64,000 bases of DNA from Escherichia coli (GTDB taxonomy: Bacteria; Pseudomonadota; Gammaproteobacteria; Enterobacterales; Enterobacteriaceae). Every line of letters starts with the position of its first letter. The stretch's first letter is position 1. Made by a program: the position numbers and the translations under genes. Below are positions 8,836-16,091 of the stretch, in pieces. The DNA lies in assembly GCF_048403405.1 (NCBI RefSeq), contig NZ_CP183129.1; one strand, written 5' to 3'. The notes beneath the pieces are model-generated. The model had not been told where the DNA came from and did not search any database. It saw only the letters and a list, made by a program, of their open reading frames with translations.

Positions 8836-9621
8836 TTAGGAATTAAATGTCCAGCTCCCCGTATCGGTCACAATATCAGCTTCAATGATACGGTCACACT
8901 TCATATATTTGAACGTAGCCACATCACCGAATTTATATTTGGCTGGCAGGGTTCTGTTACCGACGCTCTCCATTTTACAGTTCCCTCTGTTTACCCGAAT
9001 GGATTTCAGCACCACGTTGTCATCAGTGATAGTGAGCTGAATAACACCATATTTGGTATTCCAGCCTTCATTGCTGACGGAGCTGCCGAACTGAACTTTA
9101 AACGGTGGTGTCGTAGATTGCTGTGCCTGCTGTTGCTGAGAGGGATCAGGTTTATTAGCCTGCTGGCTACCAACGCCATTAATGCCATTCTGAAGGAGGC
9201 TTCTGGAAACCTTAATGGTACCCGGCTTGCATGATACTGTGCTGGTTTCCTGCCCCATTGCATTCATGACAGTGTAATAAGCATCACCTGTACCATCATA
9301 TTCTGAGTAATTGACTGCAACCGCGCCTTCGATATCTTCATTTTCTCCACGTAATGTGAAAGAAGCGGTTCCTGCTCCCGGATTAGCCGCCAGAATCTGT
9401 TTCGCTTCGCCGGAAGGAATATCCAGTTTAATAACAGAGCCGCTCTCTTCGGAGTCACCGCCAGGATTTTCAAAACTGATATAAACGGTATTGCTGACGT
9501 GGCTGAGTGTCATTTGCTCGCCGTTATCAAGCATACATTGCAGGTCATAGGCCCCGACTGCATAAGCAGGGTGGAATGCAAATAAAGATACAAACAATGC
9601 AGGTATAATGATTAGTTTCAT
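8836..9621 (-). CDS. Exported hypothetical protein (261 aa)
   Basis: The N-terminus MKLIIIPALFVSLFAFHPAYA looks like a Sec signal peptide. A Q-rich linker (PDPSQQQQAQQSTTPP) separates two domains. The gene sits 12 nt downstream of the GTPase pseudogene. Confidence 0.55.
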   Translation of the reverse strand: MKLIIIPALFVSLFAFHPAYAVGAYDLQCMLDNGEQMTLSHVSNTVYISFENPGGDSEESGSVIKLDIPSGEAKQILAANPGAGTASFTLRGENEDIEGAVAVNYSEYDGTGDAYYTVMNAMGQETSTVSCKPGTIKVSRSLLQNGINGVGSQQANKPDPSQQQQAQQSTTPPFKVQFGSSVSNEGWNTKYGVIQLTITDDNVVLKSIRVNRGNCKMESVGNRTLPAKYKFGDVATFKYMKCDRIIEADIVTDTGSWTFNS

Positions 9622-9632
9622 TAAGCACTTCC

Positions 9633-10645
9633 CTATCCAAAAAAATGGTCCCAGGCATTACCAGCCCACTCGATAAGTTTGTCTTTACCCTTACGGGTAA
9701 GCTCTTTGACAGGCTTTGGTAACGGAAAAGAATCAATAACGTCGTCGAGTATCCCGGAGATTACGCTGCCGAAGCCGTTTTTTGCTTCCGTCTTGACCTC
9801 TTCGGTTTTGAACTCATCCTTAAACTGCGAAGCCGTGCTACTTTTAGCCCGATCAGGCAAAGCCCGAATAATAGTCTCTACCAGACGAAGAATGTTGTAG
9901 CCCTCATCGGCGGAGACAGGTGTCACCGGATAGTGCGTAAAACCAAATCGTTCAGTAATGTAGGCTTCTTTCTTTTCGATGTTGATGCGCTGTGCAGGAG
10001 ATGGCTGATGCAGATGAGTATCCCACTCGCGGAATGGCTCAATTTTATCAACCTGGTTAAGGACGAATAAAACGCGCTCACCCCCACCAGCAGGGAGCAG
10101 AACATTGTTGTAGAAATGCTCATCCGCAGAAAAGGCCCGATCGTCACCTTTTATTACCCACAGGATGAGATCCAGGGAGGGAAGCAAATTGCGGTATAAA
10201 TCTTCATACTCCTATCCCGCCGGGCATTCTCACCGACACCAGGTATATCAATTATCTTCAGCGAATGTTTTCCGAAGCGTATATGCAATTCCTGAACTTC
10301 ACGAGTACATGCCTCAACGTCGCTAACTGCACAAACCTCCCCTTTAAACAGCGCATTACATACGCTGCTTTTCCCCGCGCCAGTTTTTCCCATGGCACCA
10401 ATCACGGGTTCATAGTCGATGGCTTCACTGATTTTGTTCAACAGCTTTTCCCGCAGTGGCTGAGGGAAAATATCAAGAATATCCCTGATGTCGGGTATGT
10501 GCGGTGTGCTATCACCTTTTTGCTCGTTGCTACCATTACGTTCTGGAAATATATTGCTCCACATTCCCAAAATCCCGCCTTCCCTTCTGGTGACGCCACT
10601 GGCATCAGTAATCATCCGGCCTTCGCCCTTTACCGGGTCATCCAT
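9633..10645 (-). pseudogene. YfjP/YeeP/YkfA-family GTPase, frameshifted
   Basis: Two ORFs (163 aa and 184 aa) together make one GTPase. It has the P-loop GKTGAGKSS, then IIDIPGVGEN. The frame is lost near 10205-10215, where reading ...ARRDRSMKIY should be ...EYEDLYRNLLPSLDLILWVIKGDD. The NQVDK G4 motif lies in the second ORF. Confidence 0.75.
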
Positions 10646-10684
10646 ACGAGGTCTCCTTTTTTAATTTGAAATAAACGTTGTCTG

Positions 10685-11368
10685 TTACTCTCTGAAGGTC
10701 TGAATTACGTCACTTATGAAACGAAAGTGAGGGAGGGCTGAAATAAACTCTTCACTGGCAGTCAGAGCATCAAGTTCAGGCTTTCTGCGGAAAGAGGTAT
10801 CCAGAACGGTTACGGCGTTAACGTCTTCCATCCGAAACACCTGTAAATTTCTGGTGCGGGTAGCAACAAGAAACCAGTTTTTGGACTGAAATATCAGACG
10901 GCGGGGAGCTACTGCTTCGTAGCTTTTACCGTTAACCAATAATGTAACGGCGCGGTAGTCGCGGATAGCTTCCGCCAGTTTCAGAAAACAGGCAGTCTGC
11001 GTGACGGGAGAAGATAATGCCCCATGCCCAATAAGACACGGCGATACGCCGGAATTGCTGGCAATCAACCGGATCAACTTGCGGTTCTGAGCCGGAATGA
11101 TTCCTGAAATTCCTGAATTACGTATAAACGCAAATGTATTGGGTAAGTGCTCCCGGCCTGTTTGGCGGATAAGTCGGTAACTTCCGCTGCGATGCTCAAG
11201 ATCCAGATGGATCAGGCGTTGCTGAAAATCCCGCTGTAGGGTGCGTTCTGAGACACCAAATTCATCAGCTAATACTTTAAGCTCCAGAGATTCACCAGCC
11301 AGTAAGCGGCTGATAATGACTGATAGCCTGACAGACAGGCGGTCATGATGATCATGCTGTGTTTTCAT
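10685..11368 (-). CDS. HTH plus WYL-domain transcriptional regulator (YfjR-like)
   Basis: I chose the start MKTQHDHHD (227 aa). The product has an N-terminal HTH (LKVLADEFGVSERTLQRDFQ) and a C-terminal WYL-type segment (RRLIFQSKNWFLVATRTRNLQVFRMEDV). The ORF track extends 24 codons further upstream. Confidence 0.65.
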   Translation of the reverse strand: MKTQHDHHDRLSVRLSVIISRLLAGESLELKVLADEFGVSERTLQRDFQQRLIHLDLEHRSGSYRLIRQTGREHLPNTFAFIRNSGISGIIPAQNRKLIRLIASNSGVSPCLIGHGALSSPVTQTACFLKLAEAIRDYRAVTLLVNGKSYEAVAPRRLIFQSKNWFLVATRTRNLQVFRMEDVNAVTVLDTSFRRKPELDALTASEEFISALPHFRFISDVIQTFRE

Positions 11369-12036
11369 AGTGGGGACAGTCCTGTTCTCCCAAAATATCA
11401 TGGTGTTGATACGGGAGATTATGCCGTACAGGTACGACACGTTATGTCGTACTAAAGGGGAGTTGATTGAAAAAATAGTGGGGTAACTGCAGTTATCTAA
11501 TACTCTGAAATATAAGTTAATTGATTAACTCTAAGGCAAGGTCATCATCACAGAAACGACACAACCTGTCGCGTTGCGCATTGTAAGAAAGAGGGTATCT
11601 GATGCGTACGAAAATGATTTAGTTCTGAAAATAGTTGCAAATGAATCAATACATTCTTATTTTTACAAAAAGTTGGAATGCATAAGCCAATTGACCATTA
11701 GCAATGACAAATCCTTCTAGCGCACTTCGTTGATTAAATATAGATTTAGGTATCCAATCTATTCACACATAACGATTTGCTCCGCTGAACTAACCGAGCA
11801 ACACTGCAAAAAAATATACCACGCCGACAATCAAGAAAAGTACTCACCAGTATAAAGTATCAAGTAAATCAATGCGATGTAGAATAAACACCGGCCCTTA
11901 ATGTGATAGGAATCACATTCCTTCAGCCCTGCATTCCGGCATAATCATATCGGAAGGTTAAACTGCTCACGCCATATCCCTTTTTAGGGGGATATCTATG
12001 AATACCGTTTCAATCCACTAATACATAAGGTAATAA

Positions 12037-12579
12037 ATGGACGCAGAGAAAATTCAGTCAGATATAGATGCTCTTTTGACATACATGAACGATGACATGG
12101 AGAATCTTGGTGAAACAATAAAAACCGTTACATTTGGATTCGAAACAGGCCAGAACGACCGCATTGCTATAGACGAGTTGCTTCACTGGCGGGAAGAGTA
12201 TTTGTTCAAAATCATCAATATTTGCCATTCCCGCTCTCTATTACGTAAGGACTTTGGAGATTTTGAGCATGTATCCTTGACAGAAGAGGGTCAGAGTCGT
12301 GCTATATCAATCAAACACGGAAAAAATCGCTCTTACGAGTTAGGGGCCAGCATGCAAATCGCAACGTTAAATGTTCATGGGCCTGCACAGGTTGGTAACG
12401 GTAATACGCAAAACATCCACAATGTATTTAATCAATTACTTCAGCAGATCGAGAAATCTTCCGCTTCTGATGAAGAAAAACAGGAAGCCAAAAAACGCCT
12501 GGCGAAATTTTTGGAACATCCTTTGGTTGGTTCTATTGTCGGCGGTCTTGCTGGTTCCCTTCCTGGTCTAATGGGATGA
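12037..12579 (+). CDS. Hypothetical protein (180 aa) with a C-terminal glycine-zipper-like hydrophobic tail
   Basis: AAGG lies about 9 nt upstream of the ATG. The C-terminus is LVGSIVGGLAGSLPGLMG. The central segment HGPAQVGNGNTQNIHNV is low complexity. The stop overlaps the next start (ATGA). Confidence 0.6.
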   Translation: MDAEKIQSDIDALLTYMNDDMENLGETIKTVTFGFETGQNDRIAIDELLHWREEYLFKIINICHSRSLLRKDFGDFEHVSLTEEGQSRAISIKHGKNRSYELGASMQIATLNVHGPAQVGNGNTQNIHNVFNQLLQQIEKSSASDEEKQEAKKRLAKFLEHPLVGSIVGGLAGSLPGLMG

Positions 12580-12848
12580 TGGAAGATCTTAAAAAAACGA
12601 TCCGACTGCGCTGTGCATTCTGCCGTTCGGAACAGTTCGCCTTACCTTACGAGGGTTACTCCCCCCCAAGTCATAGCTTTGTCGTTTGTGCCAACTGCGG
12701 GAGGGAAAACGACGTCACATCTCTGCTCATCGTTGCTAAATCGAAAGGGATGGAAATAGCTGAAGAGTATGCTGATGAACTAGTTGAACAGATGACGAAA
12801 GATCTGTTTAAAACTTTTAAAAACCGTAAATTCATAAAGATAAAGTAA
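12576..12848 (+). CDS. Small zinc-ribbon protein (90 aa)
   Basis: Two CxxC pairs are visible (CAFCRS ... CANCGRE). The gene is translationally coupled to the upstream ORF by a 4-nt ATGA overlap. Confidence 0.6.
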   Translation: MMEDLKKTIRLRCAFCRSEQFALPYEGYSPPSHSFVVCANCGRENDVTSLLIVAKSKGMEIAEEYADELVEQMTKDLFKTFKNRKFIKIK

Positions 12849-12875
12849 CTGTTACAAAAGTTACATGGAGGACAT

Positions 12876-13850
12876 ATGTCAAGGACTAAAGTACTTTTTG
12901 CTTATTGCCATGAGTTAGATCGGTGTTTATCGATTGATGAAGCAAGAACAGAATTCTTTTCAAAAAAACCGCAAGACAGACAACGATTCACTTTCTCCTG
13001 CAGCGATCGCAACTGCAATGTCACCATTAGTGGTGTTAATTACCATGTCAAAGCGGAAGATGGTGAAAAATTCAAAGTTGCACATTTTCGTTCTCCACAT
13101 CCCCATAATCTGGGATGTGAATGGATGCAGTTTTCTGAGGAAGCTAACCAGCCCCGTCAGGCTAGTGAAACAGAGGCTGACTACACAGAAAGAAAGGCAA
13201 GGCAGAAGCTAAATGATTTTATCAATTGCTTCGATCCTTGTACTGATGAGACAGATTCTGGGCAAAAAAAAACTGGACAACTTACATCACTTTCGCAGGT
13301 AAACCATCTCGCCAAAGACAATGATTTGTCTAACGATAAATCCCACAAGTGGAGCCGTTATACACGAACTAACCAGCTACAGCGCCTAGTAGACACCTGG
13401 CAGGAAGCCAAGAAAACTCTTACATACGACGAGTTCAGAACATTAAAACTAAGAGTCACAAACTACGGAAAGGTTTATTTCCATGAATACATAACGCATA
13501 TTCAGAAAGGGCTAAAAAACCAATATGAAGGCGTCATTTTCGGCGGTGGTTCTTTGGTTAAACGTTATGGTCGTGGCTTTCTCATTCACTTTTTCGATAA
13601 ACATAACGATAAACCAATTCGTCTGTATATCGATAAGAACCTTATGGAGAAAGGGCGATTCAGTCATTATATTGATGAAATATTATCAACAGAGAATGTG
13701 AGATATTTTCGTGTCTTTTTGTTAAACCCAGAAGTTTCCGAAAAAAAAGACCGAACTGGCAAGCCAGTTATCAACCTTGAGATATCAAGCCTGCGACAAT
13801 TGGCGATTTACTACGAACTCAACTCTTCTGAAGATAATGATTTTGTTTGA
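12876..13850 (+). CDS. Hypothetical protein (324 aa) with an N-terminal Cys/His cluster
   Basis: Strong RBS (GGAGG 5 nt upstream). The N-terminus carries C42-x4-C47 ... H70-x4-H75-x-H77-x3-C81 (FSCSDRNCNV...VAHFRSPHPHNLGC), then an acidic/polar linker, then a roughly 160-aa C-terminal domain. No family recognised. Confidence 0.65.
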   Translation: MSRTKVLFAYCHELDRCLSIDEARTEFFSKKPQDRQRFTFSCSDRNCNVTISGVNYHVKAEDGEKFKVAHFRSPHPHNLGCEWMQFSEEANQPRQASETEADYTERKARQKLNDFINCFDPCTDETDSGQKKTGQLTSLSQVNHLAKDNDLSNDKSHKWSRYTRTNQLQRLVDTWQEAKKTLTYDEFRTLKLRVTNYGKVYFHEYITHIQKGLKNQYEGVIFGGGSLVKRYGRGFLIHFFDKHNDKPIRLYIDKNLMEKGRFSHYIDEILSTENVRYFRVFLLNPEVSEKKDRTGKPVINLEISSLRQLAIYYELNSSEDNDFV

Positions 13851-13887
13851 CAGTAGCATGCTAAATTTATAAAAAGGAGAAGTATTT

Positions 13888-14181
13888 ATGGTCCCTGGAT
13901 ATGTATACATATTAATCAACACAAGCATGCCTGGTTTAATTAAAATAGGTCGAACGCTACGCGACTCACGCATGCGTGCGCGTGAACTCTTCTCCACCGG
14001 AGTGCCAACACCGTTTCAAGTTGCTTTTGAGCTGTTCGCTGAACAACATGAAGCTCTCGAGGCTACGGTACATAATGAATTGAATGATTTTCGAGCTAAT
14101 GTGGCACGCGAGTTTTTCCGCTACCCACTCGACAAGGCCGTTGCATTACTAATTCAGCTGCCCCCTCCAAAACGCCACTGA
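13888..14181 (+). CDS. T5orf172 / GIY-YIG-like (MUG113-type) domain protein (97 aa)
   Basis: GYVYILINTSMPGLIKIGRTLRDSRMRARELFSTGVPTPFQVAFELF...HNELNDFRANVAREFF is the T5orf172 domain pattern. AGGAG lies 8-9 nt upstream. The ORF may be the 5' half of a frameshifted longer gene. Confidence 0.7.
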   Translation: MVPGYVYILINTSMPGLIKIGRTLRDSRMRARELFSTGVPTPFQVAFELFAEQHEALEATVHNELNDFRANVAREFFRYPLDKAVALLIQLPPPKRH

Positions 14182-14188
14182 ACAGTAT

Positions 14189-14539
14189 GTGGCCGAAGAT
14201 ATAACACAACGGCTTAGAGAAAAATATCCTTTATATATACCTCCAGAAATTGTAGCGGTGAGGATTGTTCAAATGCCCGGAGGTGTCTGGCTAGAGATAA
14301 CGACTGAGAAAAAAATCGCTAGATACCTCGTAGATCAGATAATCCAACGAACAGATCTAGCATTCATTGTTGACACAGACGAGGCATTCTTTCGGTCAGA
14401 AGATGATGTCCGTTTAAATGCGAATAAACTGGTAAATGATTACGATATTTACTCTATCGTCATGACTACGGACCTCTTTCATGATTACGCCTGCCAACAA
14501 ATAACACGCGCGCATCATGCCCAGAGAAATTTCGTCTGA
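14189..14539 (+). CDS. Hypothetical 116-aa ORF (GTG start), possibly the detached C-terminal part of the T5orf172 gene
   Basis: It starts 8 nt after the T5orf172 stop, in the +1 frame, with no RBS. Its frame is open back to 14153, overlapping a C5 run at 14161-14165. Confidence 0.4.
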   Translation: MAEDITQRLREKYPLYIPPEIVAVRIVQMPGGVWLEITTEKKIARYLVDQIIQRTDLAFIVDTDEAFFRSEDDVRLNANKLVNDYDIYSIVMTTDLFHDYACQQITRAHHAQRNFV

Positions 14540-14586
14540 TGCAACAGGCGTAACGATACCCCAAATTCGTTACTCACAGTAATCCA

Positions 14587-15800
14587 TGTCCAGTTTGGGT
14601 GTAAATATCACGCATAATCGTGCCATTCATATTTAGAGATCATCCGGCATAATCAATCTGCCAACGAAGGAGATCGCTACGCGTAAAGCCCGTTTTACTG
14701 AGCATCAGATCATCGCTGTGATTAAGTCAGTTGAAGCCGGACGAACCGTTAAAAATGTCTGCCGGGAGGCCGGTATCTCTGAAGCCACCTACTACAACAG
14801 GAAGTCCAGATACGGCGGCATGGAAACTTCTGATATTAAAATCTTGAGGACGAAAACCGCCGTCTCAAACAGATGTTTGCTGACCTGAGTCTGGAGAGCC
14901 GAGCGCTGAAAGACGTTATCGAAAAAAAGCTTTAAAACCAGCCTTTAAGCGTGAGCTGGTCACTCATCTGATAACGACATTCGGACTCAGTATCAGTCAG
15001 GCCTGCCGGAGTCTGAACCTGAGCATAACGTTTACCGTTACCGCCCGGATACCACGCGTGATGAACCCGTTATTGCCGCCCTGTAGGCTGCGGCTGAGCG
15101 ATACCCACGATACGGCTTTCCGAAGCTTTTCCAGATTCTGCGACGGCAAGGATACTCGTGGAATCACAAAAGGCTCCACCGTATTTACTGTCTGCTGAAG
15201 CTGAATTTTCGCCGTAAGGGCCAGCAACGGCTGCCGGTACGCATCCCTCACCACTGGCTACGCCAGAAGCGCTGAACCAGTGATGGTCTGTCGATTTCAT
15301 GCATGATGCGCTGGCCTGTGGCCGTCATTTTCGCACGTTCAATGTTATTGATGACTTTAATCGTGAGGCGTTATCGATTGAAATCGATCTGAATCTGCCA
15401 TCTCTGCGGGTGGTCCGTGTACTTGACAGGATCGCGGCAAACCGCGCTTATCCGGTCATGCTGCGCATGGATAATGGTCCGGAATTTATCTCTCTGGCGC
15501 TGGCTGAATGGGCAGAGATACACGCAGTAAAACTGGAGTTCATCCAGCCGGGTAAGCCGACGCAGAACGCTTTCATTGAGCGTTTTAACAGGATATACCG
15601 TACAGAAATACTCGATTTTTATCTGTTCAGAACGCTGAATGAAGTACGGGAAATTACGGAGAAATGGTAATCAGAATATAACTGTGAACGCCCGCATGAA
15701 TCACTGAACAATATGACACCGGAGGAATACCGACTTCACAATTATTTGGCCGGGATCTCAAAAAATGCATGGAACTAAAACGGGTCTATTTACAGGGCCA
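14587..15800 (+). mobile_element. Decayed IS3-family insertion sequence (orfA/orfB remnants); boundaries approximate
   Basis: An orfA-like segment (KARFTEHQIIAVIKSVEAGRTVKNVCREAGISEATYYN) has no ATG and is then frameshifted. The orfB-like DDE/rve core is spread over more than one frame (AERYPRYGF...HKRLHRIYCLLKLNFRRKG...). There is an in-frame TGA at 15281-15283, then FMHDALACGRHFRTFNVIDDFNREALSIEIDLNLP...PGKPTQNAFIERFNRIYRTEIL, then ...ERPHESLNNMTPEEY after another break. Terminal inverted repeats not confidently found. Confidence 0.75.
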
Positions 15801-16057
15801 TCAGTTAGAAAATGTGGCGTACAACGATAAACAGTTTGGTTGCATAAAAAAACGTAAGAGTTGGTTATCATTCTTTCAACGTAAGGGAATTACAGTAGCG
15901 GTAGGAAAAACTGATAGGTTATTTTACATTGAATTCAAAAAACTGTTTATTTAAGCCGTTAGCGATAAGTTTCATTGTAATTTAGCCGGAAAATGTTCCA
16001 TTGGGAAAACTGAATTGAGACTAATATTATATTAGATGAGAATATTTCTGATGTAAA

Positions 16058-16089
16058 TATACCGAGGAATGGAGGCATCCCTCGGTATA
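16058..16089 (-). terminator. Hairpin immediately downstream of brxL
   Basis: tataccgagg-(11 nt)-cctcggtata, 10-bp stem, 3 nt after the brxL stop. An AT-rich tract follows on the transcribed strand. Confidence 0.4.
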
Positions 16090-16091
16090 TG

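Noticed and set aside
15769-15954. 61-aa ORF between the IS remnant and brxL
   Set aside because: It has no RBS and no recognisable family. It sits in AT-rich sequence, and its start overlaps the end of the decayed transposase frame.
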